DNA of 38,063 bases from Chitinophagales bacterium (GCA_043749085.1 JAYVEA010000090.1:1-38063); one strand, 5' to 3'; counted from the first letter of the stretch, positions 10,294 to 20,561 are shown. Numbers and translations are program-made. The notes: generated by a model not told the origin, from the sequence alone.

Positions 10294-10317
10294 ATCTAAT
10301 TTCTAATTTGTAATTTC
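10294..10317. repeat. Heptamer tandem repeat (TTCTAAT)n
   Basis: ATCTAAT TTCTAAT TTGTAAT TTC in the divergent intergenic gap. Confidence 0.5.
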
Positions 10318-10336
10318 TCTTTCCTGTTTCAATTCT

Positions 10337-10344
10337 TATCTTTG
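10337..10344 (+). promoter_or_regulatory. -7 promoter element (TATCTTTG) of the nucleotide-sugar operon
   Basis: TAnnTTTG 19 nt upstream of ATG 10364. Confidence 0.65.
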
Positions 10345-10363
10345 CCGCCGTTTAAAAGTAATT

Positions 10364-11494
10364 ATGAAGACTATACAAATGGTTGATTTAAAGCAACAAT
10401 ATCTCAAAATAAAACCTGAGATTGACAGTGCTCTTTTAAATGTGTTAGACAGTTCAGTATTTATAGGTGGAAACCAGGTAACTAATTTTGCTGACAATCT
10501 TTCCCAATACCTTGGCGTTAAACACACAATCCCATGTGCTAACGGAACGGATGCATTGCAAATAGCCATGATGGCGCTTGACTTACAACCAGGAGATGAA
10601 GTTATTACTCCTTCCTTTACATTCATCGCCACAACAGAAGTTATTGCCTTACTTAAATTAAAACCGGTATTTGTTGAAGTTGATAAGGAAACATTCTGTA
10701 TTGATCCTGCGGCAGTAAAAAATGCTGTTACTTCGAAAACTAAAGCAATTGTGCCCGTTCATTTATTTGGGCATACTGCTAACATGGAAGATATCATGAC
10801 TATAGCTAACGAACATAATTTATTTGTTATTGAAGATAATGCACAGGCGATCGGGGGAGATTACATTTTTAAAGATGGCACAAAAAAGAAATCAGGAACT
10901 ATAGGTACTATTGGCACCACATCATTTTTTCCCAGTAAAAATTTAGGGTGCTATGGTGATGGCGGTGCCATCTTCACTAATGATGATACATTGGCAGAAA
11001 AATTAAAAATGATAGCTAATCATGGACAAAAAGTAAGATATTACCATGAAATGGTGGGCTGTAATTCGAGGCTGGATGCTATGCAGGCGGCAATACTCAA
11101 TGTAAAACTTCCGTTATTGGATAAATATATAACTGCACGTCAGAAAGCTGCCGATTATTATGACAAGGCATTTGCAAATCACCCAAAAATTACAATACCG
11201 TTCAGAGCTGAATATTCTAATCATGTATTTCATCAATATACTTTGATTTTAAATAATACTGACAGGGATGGATTAAAAGATTTTTTAGAAAAAAATAGTA
11301 TTCCTTCAATGATATATTATCCTGTGCCTGCACATCGTCAAAAAATGTTTGAAGAATTTGGGGGCGGTGATTATAATTTACCGGTTACGGAATGGTTAGC
11401 TGAAAAAGTTATTTCATTGCCGATACACACTGAGTTAGATGAAGAACAGCTGGGATATATAACAGATAAAGTATTAGAGTTTGTAAATAAATAA
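10364..11494 (+). CDS. DegT/DnrJ/EryC1/StrS sugar aminotransferase (WbpE-like)
   Basis: NGTDAL, IEDNAQAIG, SFFPSKNLGCYGDGG PLP-lysine motif, NSRLD. Confidence 0.93.
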   Translation: MKTIQMVDLKQQYLKIKPEIDSALLNVLDSSVFIGGNQVTNFADNLSQYLGVKHTIPCANGTDALQIAMMALDLQPGDEVITPSFTFIATTEVIALLKLKPVFVEVDKETFCIDPAAVKNAVTSKTKAIVPVHLFGHTANMEDIMTIANEHNLFVIEDNAQAIGGDYIFKDGTKKKSGTIGTIGTTSFFPSKNLGCYGDGGAIFTNDDTLAEKLKMIANHGQKVRYYHEMVGCNSRLDAMQAAILNVKLPLLDKYITARQKAADYYDKAFANHPKITIPFRAEYSNHVFHQYTLILNNTDRDGLKDFLEKNSIPSMIYYPVPAHRQKMFEEFGGGDYNLPVTEWLAEKVISLPIHTELDEEQLGYITDKVLEFVNK

Positions 11495-11500
11495 ATAGAA

Positions 11501-12856
11501 ATGAAAATTGCAGTTATAGGAACAGGCTATGTTGGATTGGTTACAGGCACCTGCTTTGCAGAAACGGGTAATGATGTTACCTGCGTGGACATAGACGAAG
11601 ACAAAGTAAAAAAATTGTCTTCAGGGCAGGTTACTATTTACGAGCCGGGACTGGAGAAGATTTTTATAAGAAATGAGAAAGAAGGAAGATTACATTTTAC
11701 CACCTCTTTACAAGAGGGAATTAAAGATGCCAAAATTATTTTTCTTGCCTTACCTACACCACCGGGAGAAGACGGAAGTGCCGATCTTAAATATATTTTA
11801 GGCGTAGCTAAAGATATGGGAGGCTTGCTTAAAAAGGATGACTATAAAATAATTATTGATAAAAGCACCGTTCCTGTTGGAACCGCGGAAAAAGTAAGAA
11901 CTGCTATTTTAGAAAGTGCTTCAAAAATCTCCCCCACCGGCGGAGATTTAGAGGGGGCATTTGATATAGTAAGTAATCCTGAGTTTTTACGGGAAGGTGT
12001 GGCGGTGGATGATTTTATGAAACCTGACAGGGTGGTAATAGGTACCTCATCAGAAAAAGCGAAAAAAATATTAGGAGAATTGTATGCGCCATTTGTAAGA
12101 CAGGGAAATCCTATAATATATATGGATGAAAAATCTGCGGAGCTTACCAAGTATGCTGCCAACTCATTTCTTGCCACAAAGATCTCTTTTATGAACGAGA
12201 TAGCCCAGCTTTGTGAAAGAGTGGGAGCAGATGTTGATATGGTTAGAAAAGGAATAGGCAGCGATGACAGGATCGGAAGAAGATTTTTATTTCCGGGAAT
12301 TGGATATGGTGGAAGTTGCTTTCCAAAAGATGTAAAAGCATTAGAGCAGTCATCACGTGAAACGGACTATGACTTTAAAATATTGAAAGCAGTAATGCAG
12401 GTAAACGAAAAGCAAAAACTGCATTTGGTTCAAAAAATAAAAAAATATTTTAATAATGAGCTTGCAGGCAAAAAACTGGCACTTTGGGGCCTTGCCTTTA
12501 AGCCTAACACAGATGATATTAGGGAAGCATCCTCATTAACTATCATAGACGAATTAACAAAAGCAGGTGCAAATATTTGTGTTTTTGACCCTGAGGCGAT
12601 GACAAATGTAGAAAGAGAATTAGGCAATAAGATTCAGTATGCAGAAAATCAATATGAAGCATTACAGGACGCAGATGCTTTGGTTATTGCTACTGAATGG
12701 AGTGAGTTCAGAACACCTGACTTTAATAAAATTGCTTCGTTATTAAAAAATAAAGTAATTTTTGATGGTAGAAATTTGTTTGATCTTACACAAATGGATG
12801 AATGCGGATTTCATTATGTAAGCATAGGAAGAAGAACCATCACCAAAGACAATTGA
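11501..12856 (+). CDS. ugd: UDP-glucose 6-dehydrogenase
   Basis: GTGYVGL, KSTVPVGT, SNPEFLREG, GYGGSCFPKD, GLAFKPNTDDIRE. Confidence 0.93.
   Translation: MKIAVIGTGYVGLVTGTCFAETGNDVTCVDIDEDKVKKLSSGQVTIYEPGLEKIFIRNEKEGRLHFTTSLQEGIKDAKIIFLALPTPPGEDGSADLKYILGVAKDMGGLLKKDDYKIIIDKSTVPVGTAEKVRTAILESASKISPTGGDLEGAFDIVSNPEFLREGVAVDDFMKPDRVVIGTSSEKAKKILGELYAPFVRQGNPIIYMDEKSAELTKYAANSFLATKISFMNEIAQLCERVGADVDMVRKGIGSDDRIGRRFLFPGIGYGGSCFPKDVKALEQSSRETDYDFKILKAVMQVNEKQKLHLVQKIKKYFNNELAGKKLALWGLAFKPNTDDIREASSLTIIDELTKAGANICVFDPEAMTNVERELGNKIQYAENQYEALQDADALVIATEWSEFRTPDFNKIASLLKNKVIFDGRNLFDLTQMDECGFHYVSIGRRTITKDN
11925..11958 (+). repeat. REP-like palindromic element embedded in-frame in ugd
   Basis: AAATCTCCCCC-ACC-GGCGGAGATTT hairpin (10/11 pairs) plus AGAGGGGGC tail; encodes KISPTGGDLEGA. 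Confidence 0.7.
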
Positions 12857-12859
12857 TAC

Positions 12860-13840
12860 ATGCAAAAACGAGTTCTTATAACCGGGGCAGCAGGGTTTTT
12901 AGGTTCACATCTTTGTGACAGGTTCATTAAGGAGGATTTTTTTGTAATTGGGATGGATAACCTTATAACCGGCGACCTTAAAAATATAGAGCATCTTTTT
13001 AAGTTAAAACAATTTGAATTTTATCATCACGATGTTTCAAAGTTCATTCATGTCCCCGGTAAATTAGATTACATATTACATTTTGCTTCTCCTGCAAGCC
13101 CCATAGATTATTTAAAAATTCCTATCCAAACATTAAAAGTTGGTTCTCTTGGTACACATAATTGTTTAGGCTTAACGCTTTCCAAAAAAGCCAGGATACT
13201 TGTTGCTTCTACCAGTGAAGTTTATGGAGATCCTCTTGAGCATCCACAAAGGGAAGAATATTGGGGAAATGTTAATCCTGTTGGTCCTCGCGGGGTTTAC
13301 GATGAGGCAAAGCGTTTCCAGGAAGCGATTACAATGGCATATCATACTTTCCATAAATTGGAAACCCGCATTGCAAGGATATTCAATACTTATGGTCCAC
13401 GAATGAGGCTTAATGACGGCAGAGCCTTACCGGCATTTATCGGGCAGGCCTTAAGAGGAGAAGACCTAACTGTTTTTGGTGATGGCAGCCAAACCAGAAG
13501 CTTTTGCTATGTAGATGATTTAATAGAAGGTATTTACCGGTTATTGATGAGTGATTACATAATGCCTGTAAATATTGGCAATCCTGATCAGATTACTTTA
13601 AAAGAATTTGCAGTGGAAGTTATTAAACTCACGGGCACAACACAAAAAATTGTTTATAAACCTCTGCCCCAGGATGATCCTAAACAACGTCAGCCGGATA
13701 TTTCAAAAGCAAAAAAGATTTTAGATTGGGAACCAAAGGTTTCCAGGAAGGAAGGATTAAAAATAACGTATGAATATTTTAAATCTTTACCTAAAGAAGA
13801 ATTGAATAAACTTCCAAAAGAATTTGAAAGCAGGAGATAA
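12860..13840 (+). CDS. UDP-glucuronate decarboxylase (UDP-xylose synthase) family SDR
   Basis: [53 protein letters not shown]. Confidence 0.92.
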   Translation: MQKRVLITGAAGFLGSHLCDRFIKEDFFVIGMDNLITGDLKNIEHLFKLKQFEFYHHDVSKFIHVPGKLDYILHFASPASPIDYLKIPIQTLKVGSLGTHNCLGLTLSKKARILVASTSEVYGDPLEHPQREEYWGNVNPVGPRGVYDEAKRFQEAITMAYHTFHKLETRIARIFNTYGPRMRLNDGRALPAFIGQALRGEDLTVFGDGSQTRSFCYVDDLIEGIYRLLMSDYIMPVNIGNPDQITLKEFAVEVIKLTGTTQKIVYKPLPQDDPKQRQPDISKAKKILDWEPKVSRKEGLKITYEYFKSLPKEELNKLPKEFESRR

Positions 13841-13852
13841 AATAAATAAAAA

Positions 13853-15142
13853 ATGTACCAGGGTTTAATTGATAAGAAAAAAAAATTAGCAGTAATCGGG
13901 CTTGGTTATGTTGGATTACCAATCGCACTTGAGTTTGCTAAAAAGCTTTCGGTGATTGGCTTTGATATTAATGAAGACAGGATAAAATTAATGAGGCAGG
14001 ATATAGATCCCAGCCAGGAATTAGATAAAAAGGCATTCCAGGATTGTACCATCGAATTCACGAGTGATCTGAATATTTTAAGCACAGCGGATTTTTATAT
14101 TGTTGCTGTTCCTACACCGGTTGATGAACATAATATTCCTGATCTGCGTCCTGTAAAAAAAGCAAGTGAAGCTATTGGAAAGATTATAAAAAAAGGTGAT
14201 TATGTTGTATTTGAATCAACTGTTTATCCCGGGTGTACTGAAGAAGATTGCCTGCCAATAATAGAAAAAATATCAGGGTTAAAAAATATTGTTGATTTTA
14301 AGATTGGTTATTCTCCTGAAAGGATAAACCCCGGAGATAAAGAACATACTTTAAGCAGCATAATAAAAGTAGTTAGCGGATGTGATACAGAAAGCCTGGA
14401 AGTGATATCAAAAGTGTATGAGTTAGTTGTTGATGCAGGTGTTCATAAAGCTTCTTCAATAAAAGTTGCAGAAGCTGCTAAAATTATTGAGAACACACAA
14501 AGAGATCTCAATATCGCCCTGATGAATGAGCTTTCTATCATTTTTGATAAAATGGGAATAAATACTTTCGAAGTACTGGAAGCTGCAGGTACCAAATGGA
14601 ATTTTTTAAAATTTCAGCCCGGGTTGGTTGGCGGACATTGTATTGGCGTTGATCCTTATTATCTTACCCATAAATCAAAAGAATTGGGTTATGACTCACA
14701 GGTAATACTGGCAGGCCGGGCAATTAATGATGGAATGGGAGGGTATATTGCAAAAAAAGTTTTGCAGCATATTATACATTATAATGGAAATGTAAAACAT
14801 GCAAAAGTGTTGGTGATGGGTGCTACCTTCAAAGAAAATGTAAGCGACATTCGTAACTCTAAAATTGCAGATGTTGTAAAAGAATTGCAATCCTATTCGC
14901 TAAATGTTCATGTTACTGATCCGCATGCATCCAGCGAGCAGCTAATGCATGAATATGGATTTGGATTAACAGCAGAATTAGGAAATGATTATGATGCCGT
15001 TATAATTACTGTACCGCACAATGATTATAAAAAACTGAATGATGCAGAGTTTGCGGCCGTAACAAAGCCGCATGCAATCATTGCCGATCTTAAAGGTATT
15101 TATCGTGGTAAAATAAGCAGCAGAGCGTATTGGAGTTTATAA
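13853..15142 (+). CDS. Nucleotide-sugar dehydrogenase, TviB/WbpO-like (UDP-HexNAc 6-dehydrogenase)
   Basis: GLGYVGLP, ESTVYPG, YSPERINPGD, ENTQRDLNIA, GGHCIGVDPYYL. Confidence 0.9.
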   Translation: MYQGLIDKKKKLAVIGLGYVGLPIALEFAKKLSVIGFDINEDRIKLMRQDIDPSQELDKKAFQDCTIEFTSDLNILSTADFYIVAVPTPVDEHNIPDLRPVKKASEAIGKIIKKGDYVVFESTVYPGCTEEDCLPIIEKISGLKNIVDFKIGYSPERINPGDKEHTLSSIIKVVSGCDTESLEVISKVYELVVDAGVHKASSIKVAEAAKIIENTQRDLNIALMNELSIIFDKMGINTFEVLEAAGTKWNFLKFQPGLVGGHCIGVDPYYLTHKSKELGYDSQVILAGRAINDGMGGYIAKKVLQHIIHYNGNVKHAKVLVMGATFKENVSDIRNSKIADVVKELQSYSLNVHVTDPHASSEQLMHEYGFGLTAELGNDYDAVIITVPHNDYKKLNDAEFAAVTKPHAIIADLKGIYRGKISSRAYWSL

Positions 15143-15158
15143 TTAATATTCCTTTTTT

Positions 15159-16145
15159 TTGAATAACATATTTCATACAAAAAACTTAGATCAATACTCT
15201 TTCCTGGTAACAGGCGGAGCAGGTTTTATCGGCAGCCACATTGCAGAATACTTATTAAAGAACGGCGCAAAAAAAGTTCGTGTACTTGATAATATGGTAA
15301 ATGGCTTACAATCGAACCTTGATGTTTTAAATGCATATCCGCCATTTGAATTTTTAAAAGGTGATATAAGAGATTTTGAAACATGTAACAAAGCATGCGA
15401 TGGCATTGATTATGTATCCCACCAGGCGGCATTGGGTTCAGTTCCACGTTCTATTAAAGAACCTCAAACAACAAATGATGTAAATGTTGGTGGCTTTGTA
15501 AATATTTTAAAAGCATCAGCCGATAATAATGTGAAACGGTTTGTGTATGCCTCATCTTCTTCTGTGTATGGTGATGAACAAAGTTTGCCCAAAAAAGAAG
15601 ATCGGATAGGTAATTGCCTGTCACCGTATGCGGTTAGCAAAAGAGCTAATGAAATGTATGCCCAGGTTTTTGCAGATGTTTATAAAACTTCAGTTATTGG
15701 TTTACGGTATTTTAATGTTTTTGGTCCAAGGCAAGATCCTGATAGCCCCTATGCTGCAGTTATTCCATTATTTGTAAAAGGGATTATAAATAATACACCT
15801 GTTTATATAAATGGCGACGGGGAGCAAACAAGGGATTTTACTTTTGTAGAAAATGTAATGCAGGTAAATATTAAAGCAATGCTTACTGATAATAAAAAAG
15901 CCGTAAATAAAATTTACAATGTAGCTGTAGGAGAAAGCTTTTCTATTAATTATGTGTATAATGGAATAAAAAAACATTTACATGCAGAACACAAACCAAC
16001 TTACAGAGATCCAAGAGAAGGTGACGTAAGAAATTCTTTAGCAGATATTTCTCTTGCAAAAAATTTATTAGGTTATCAGCCAACAACAAAATTTGATAAT
16101 GGGTTGATTGAGACTATAGAATATTTTAAAGATTGGTATACTTAA
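15159..16145 (+). CDS. SDR epimerase, WbpP/TviC-like (UDP-HexNAc(A) 4-epimerase)
   Basis: GGAGFIGSH, HQAALGSVPRS, ASSSSVYGD, YAVSK, LRYFNVFGPRQDP; TTG start. Confidence 0.88.
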   Translation: MNNIFHTKNLDQYSFLVTGGAGFIGSHIAEYLLKNGAKKVRVLDNMVNGLQSNLDVLNAYPPFEFLKGDIRDFETCNKACDGIDYVSHQAALGSVPRSIKEPQTTNDVNVGGFVNILKASADNNVKRFVYASSSSVYGDEQSLPKKEDRIGNCLSPYAVSKRANEMYAQVFADVYKTSVIGLRYFNVFGPRQDPDSPYAAVIPLFVKGIINNTPVYINGDGEQTRDFTFVENVMQVNIKAMLTDNKKAVNKIYNVAVGESFSINYVYNGIKKHLHAEHKPTYRDPREGDVRNSLADISLAKNLLGYQPTTKFDNGLIETIEYFKDWYT

Positions 16146-16180
16146 AAATCGTACATCGTACATCTTAAACCGTACATTTA
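16146..16180. repeat. Heptamer tandem repeat (ACATCGT)n filling the intergenic gap
   Basis: AAATCGT ACATCGT ACATCTT AAACCGT ACATTTA. Confidence 0.8.
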
Positions 16181-16183
16181 AAC

Positions 16184-16744
16184 ATGCCTTTTATTAAAAC
16201 TGAATTCTCGGGATTATTGATATTTGAGCCAAGGGTTTGGAAGGATGACCGTGGATATTTCTTTGAAAGTTATAATCAAAAAGTTTTCAATGAGGAAGGT
16301 ATTGAAATAAATTTTGTCCAGGATAACCAGGCCAGTTCAGTATATGGTGTGATACGGGGACTTCATTACCAGTTGAATCCTTATGCTCAAACAAAACTTA
16401 TTAGAGTGTTAAGCGGCAGCATTTTAGATGTAGCAGTTGACATAAGAAAAAACTCTCCAACATATGGGAAAACCTATACAATTGAATTATCGGCTGAAAA
16501 CAAAAAACAATTATTAATACCAAAGGGATTTGCACATGGCTATTCTGTTATAAGTGAAACTGCAGAGGTTTTTTATAAGTGCGATCAATTCTATTATAAA
16601 GAAAGCGAGGGCGGCATTGCATACAATGATCCGGGTTTAAATATTGATTGGAAAATACGTAATAACGAAGCTATCATTTCAGAAAAAGATACAAAATATC
16701 CCGGGCTGAATGCGTGCAAAAACAATTTTGTATACGAAGGATAA
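16184..16744 (+). CDS. rfbC: dTDP-4-dehydrorhamnose 3,5-epimerase
   Basis: DDRGYFFESY, FVQDN, RGLHYQ, DVAVDIR, GFAHG. Confidence 0.96.
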   Translation: MPFIKTEFSGLLIFEPRVWKDDRGYFFESYNQKVFNEEGIEINFVQDNQASSVYGVIRGLHYQLNPYAQTKLIRVLSGSILDVAVDIRKNSPTYGKTYTIELSAENKKQLLIPKGFAHGYSVISETAEVFYKCDQFYYKESEGGIAYNDPGLNIDWKIRNNEAIISEKDTKYPGLNACKNNFVYEG

Positions 16745-16753
16745 GATTATAAA

Positions 16754-17653
16754 ATGATTGATCTTTTTGAGAAAACAATTTTAGTTACCGGTTCCGGCGG
16801 ACAGCTAGGTATGGAGATATGGAAACTGTCTGAACAATATCCTTCTTATAAATTTTTATTTACAACCAAAGAGGATCTGCCAATAGATAACTTTGATCTT
16901 GTAAAAAATTTTTTTGAACAAAAGCAGATCCACCATTGTATAAATTGCGCTGCCTACACAGCTGTTGATAAAGCTGAGTCGGAAAAAGAAAAGGCTTTTC
17001 TTATTAATGCAGATGCTGCCGGAAACCTGGCTGCTATTTGTAAAGCACATCAAACGCAGCTTATTCATATTTCAACTGATTATGTTTTTGACGGTACTTC
17101 ATCAATACCTTATAAAGAAGATGATCGCGTATCTCCAATAAATATTTATGGTGCATCCAAACTGAAAGGCGAAGAGCTTGTTTTAAATAATAATTCTTCT
17201 GCCATTATCATCCGTACTTCATGGGTCTACTCTTCTTTCGGAAATAATTTTGTAAAGACAATGCTAAGGCTCCTCAAAGAAAAAGAAAGCCTGGCGGCCG
17301 GTATGCATGATATAAACGTAGTGAATGATCAGTATGGCTCTCCAACTTATTCTGCTGACCTTGCGGCTACAATACTTACAATAGTTGAAAGAGAAAATAG
17401 TGATCATTCTGCAACAGGGGTTTTTAATTATTGTAATGAAGGTGTAATTACATGGTATGAATTTGCAAAGGCAATTAAAAAAATTATAAAAAGTAAATGC
17501 TCAGTTAATCCAATACCAACATCAGAATATCAAACTGCTGCAAGGCGTCCGCAATACTCGGTTTTAAATACCGCGAAAATCAAGCAAACACTTGGCATAA
17601 CTATTCCAAACTGGAAAGATAGCCTGCAAACATGTTTGTCATATATTACTTAA
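16754..17653 (+). CDS. rfbD: dTDP-4-dehydrorhamnose reductase
   Basis: GSGGQLG, NCAAYTAVDKAE, ISTDYVFDG, YGASK, NFVKTML, DQYGSPT. Confidence 0.95.
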   Translation: MIDLFEKTILVTGSGGQLGMEIWKLSEQYPSYKFLFTTKEDLPIDNFDLVKNFFEQKQIHHCINCAAYTAVDKAESEKEKAFLINADAAGNLAAICKAHQTQLIHISTDYVFDGTSSIPYKEDDRVSPINIYGASKLKGEELVLNNNSSAIIIRTSWVYSSFGNNFVKTMLRLLKEKESLAAGMHDINVVNDQYGSPTYSADLAATILTIVERENSDHSATGVFNYCNEGVITWYEFAKAIKKIIKSKCSVNPIPTSEYQTAARRPQYSVLNTAKIKQTLGITIPNWKDSLQTCLSYIT

Positions 17654-17683
17654 TTCTTCCCATTTTTTTAAAAACCTCTCTGT

Positions 17684-17691
17684 TATATTTG
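17684..17691 (+). promoter_or_regulatory. -7 promoter element (TATATTTG) of the M16 peptidase gene
   Basis: TAnnTTTG 19 nt upstream of ATG. Confidence 0.6.
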
Positions 17692-17710
17692 TAGTTCTAA
17701 AAATTATACC

Positions 17711-20533
17711 ATGAAGCACCTTTTCCGTTTACATATTTTTCGATTATTTATTGTGTTGTTTTCTTTTTCAACACAAATCTTTGCCCAGGCAAATCTTAAT
17801 GATAAATTACCGGTTGATCCAAAAATAAGGATCGGTAAACTCTCCAACGGACTTACTTATTATATCAGGCAAAATAAAAAGCCTGAGCAAAAAGTAGAAT
17901 TAAGGCTGGTTGTAAATGCAGGTTCTGTACTTGAAGATGAAGACCAGCAGGGCTTAGCGCATTTAAGTGAGCACATGGCCTTTAATGGCACAAGTCATTT
18001 CAAAAAAAATGATATCATTTCCTTTCTTCAATCAATCGGTGTGTCCTTTGGAAACGATCTTAATGCTTATACCGGCTTTGATGAAACTGTTTACATTCTT
18101 CCCATACCAACTGATAAGCCGACCAACCTGGAAAAAGGTTTTCAGATTTTGGAAGACTGGGCACATAATGTAACAGATAAAGAGGAAGATATTGATGCAG
18201 AACGACCCGTTGTTTTAGAAGAAAGCAGGATGGGAAAAGGCGCTGAAGACAGGATGTTCAGAAAAATATATCCGATGCTTTTTGAAGGCTCAAAGTATGC
18301 CGAACGGTTGCCAATAGGAATTGACAGCATAGTAAAAAATGCTAAGTATGAAAGCCTGCGAAGATTTTATAAAGAATGGTATCGACCCGACCTGATGGCC
18401 GTGATTGTTGTTGGGGATATTGACCCGGCTAAAGCGGAAGAATTGATAAAAGAACATTTCAGTGGCATTCCGAATCCTTCAAATGAAAGAGTAAGGCAGC
18501 GTATCCCGGTACCTGCTTATGCAAAAAGCTCAGGCATGATCGTTACTGATAAAGAGGCTACCAACTATGTTATCCAGCTTAATTATTCTGCAATGCCCAA
18601 GCCGACGGATGTTACATTGGAAGGGTATAAAAAAGATATTGTAAAAAATATTTTCACCACACTTTTAAATCAGCGGCTGAGAGAGTTGACACAAAAAGAA
18701 AATCCTCCATTTGTTTATGCAGGCGCAAGTTTTGCCTCTTATGCAAGAGGATATGAAGCATTCAATGCTGAGATAGGAATAGGAACTGGCGATGCATTAA
18801 AAGGATTAGAAGCTTTTTCATCTGAGCTTGAAAGAGTAAAGAAATTTGGTTTTACACAGGCAGAATTGGACAGGGTTAAAAAAGCGCTTTTATCGCAGAT
18901 GGAGCAGTTATATAATGAGAGGGATAAAACCGAGTCTGCAAATTATGCTGAAGAATACATCAGGAATTTTTTAACGCAGGAACCAATCCCAGGCATTGAG
19001 AAGGAATATCAGTATTATCAAAAATTAATTCCGCAGATCTCTTTAAATGATGTGAATGCCGTTGCGAATGTTTTAAAACAAAATTCAAATAAACTGATCG
19101 CACTTACAGGTCCGGAGAATTCAAAACAAAAATTACCAACCGGAGAAGAGCTTTTAGCAAAAGTAGATGAGGTAGAAAAAGGAGGCGTAAATCAGTATGA
19201 AGAAAAAGCACTCGGATCTTCTTTATTAACAACGATGCCAAAGACGGGTAAAATTATTTCCACTAAAAAAAATCCTTACCTCGGCACTACAGAGTTAACA
19301 TTAAGCAATGGAGTTACCGTTACCTTAAAGCCAACTGATTTTAAAAATGACCAGATTTTAATGAGTGCAGTAAGGCCCGGCGGTAAAAATAATTATGGGT
19401 TAAAAGATAAATACAGCGCTGAATATGCGCTGTCAGTTGTTAGAGCTATGGGTCTCGGAAATTTTTCTCCGCTCGATCTGCAAAAGCTACTCGCAGGAAA
19501 AACAGCTATGGCAAATGCAATATTCACAGGCACTACAGAAGGTGTTAATGGAAGCAGCAGTGTGAAAGATGCGGAAACAATGTTTCAATTGCTGTACCTG
19601 CTGTTTACATCTACAAGAAAGGACACTGCTTTATTTCATTCATTTATCCAGAGAAATAAATCGCAGCTGGCAATGCTTGGCGCTAATCCGCAGTTTGCCT
19701 TTATTGATACATTGTATAAAGTAATGTTTAGAAATAATCCATTGGCGCCGGTAATGATCCCCAAGGTTGAAAATTTTAATAAGATAAATCTTGACAGGGC
19801 CATACAGATATATAAAGAGCGATTTGGCAACGCATTCGGAATGCATTTCACTTTTGTTGGAAGCTTTACCGAAGACCAGTTAAAACCGCTGATAGAGAAA
19901 TATATTGCCGGTCTTCAATCAGTTAATAAAAAAATTACTTATGTAGATAATAAGGTGCGGCCTGTGAATGGAAAGGTTAATCTGAATGTATATAAAGGCA
20001 CAGAACAAAAGGCCTTAAGCCTTGTTTTGTATCATGGTGAAATGCCCTACAGTGAAGAGCTTGAATTAAAAGCCGCAGCCATCAGCGAGATATTGAACAT
20101 TAAGATAATTGAAGAGTTAAGAGAAAAGATACAGGGAATTTATAGCGGGGGTATTGCTGCGCAATTTGAAAAGATACCTTACCCCAATTACTCCTTTATT
20201 TTACAGTTGCCCAGCGGCCCTGAAAAAGTTGATACATTATTATATACAGCAAAAAAAGAAATAGAAGATCTAAAAAAGTTTGGGCCATCAAAACAGGATC
20301 TTGATAAAGTAAAGCAGCAATGGAGAGAAAAGTATAAAGTGAATAAAAAAGAAAACGCTTACTGGTTAAGCCAGTTGCAGGATTTTAAATTTCCCGGCAG
20401 CAACCCAAAATATTTTATTGAGTATGAAAAATATGTAAATGCACTAACGCCAAAAGCCATACAGGATGCAGCTAAGTTATTATTGAACGGTAATAATGTT
20501 CTTACAGCGATTTTGAGGCCGGGGAAAAAATAA
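17711..20533 (+). CDS. M16B zinc peptidase, PqqL-like, with signal peptide
   Basis: Inverted Zn motif HLSEH in GLAHLSEHMAFNG; NAYTGFDETVY; FYKEWYRPD; four-domain length (940 aa). Confidence 0.92.
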   Translation: MKHLFRLHIFRLFIVLFSFSTQIFAQANLNDKLPVDPKIRIGKLSNGLTYYIRQNKKPEQKVELRLVVNAGSVLEDEDQQGLAHLSEHMAFNGTSHFKKNDIISFLQSIGVSFGNDLNAYTGFDETVYILPIPTDKPTNLEKGFQILEDWAHNVTDKEEDIDAERPVVLEESRMGKGAEDRMFRKIYPMLFEGSKYAERLPIGIDSIVKNAKYESLRRFYKEWYRPDLMAVIVVGDIDPAKAEELIKEHFSGIPNPSNERVRQRIPVPAYAKSSGMIVTDKEATNYVIQLNYSAMPKPTDVTLEGYKKDIVKNIFTTLLNQRLRELTQKENPPFVYAGASFASYARGYEAFNAEIGIGTGDALKGLEAFSSELERVKKFGFTQAELDRVKKALLSQMEQLYNERDKTESANYAEEYIRNFLTQEPIPGIEKEYQYYQKLIPQISLNDVNAVANVLKQNSNKLIALTGPENSKQKLPTGEELLAKVDEVEKGGVNQYEEKALGSSLLTTMPKTGKIISTKKNPYLGTTELTLSNGVTVTLKPTDFKNDQILMSAVRPGGKNNYGLKDKYSAEYALSVVRAMGLGNFSPLDLQKLLAGKTAMANAIFTGTTEGVNGSSSVKDAETMFQLLYLLFTSTRKDTALFHSFIQRNKSQLAMLGANPQFAFIDTLYKVMFRNNPLAPVMIPKVENFNKINLDRAIQIYKERFGNAFGMHFTFVGSFTEDQLKPLIEKYIAGLQSVNKKITYVDNKVRPVNGKVNLNVYKGTEQKALSLVLYHGEMPYSEELELKAAAISEILNIKIIEELREKIQGIYSGGIAAQFEKIPYPNYSFILQLPSGPEKVDTLLYTAKKEIEDLKKFGPSKQDLDKVKQQWREKYKVNKKENAYWLSQLQDFKFPGSNPKYFIEYEKYVNALTPKAIQDAAKLLLNGNNVLTAILRPGKK

Positions 20534-20561
20534 GAAAGCGAAAGATGAGTCTGAATTTTTC

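Noticed and set aside
10364-17653. Novel polysaccharide biosynthesis system
   Set aside because: Ordinary nucleotide-sugar precursor genes; no wzx, wzy or glycosyltransferases in the block, and rfbA/rfbB are presumably elsewhere.
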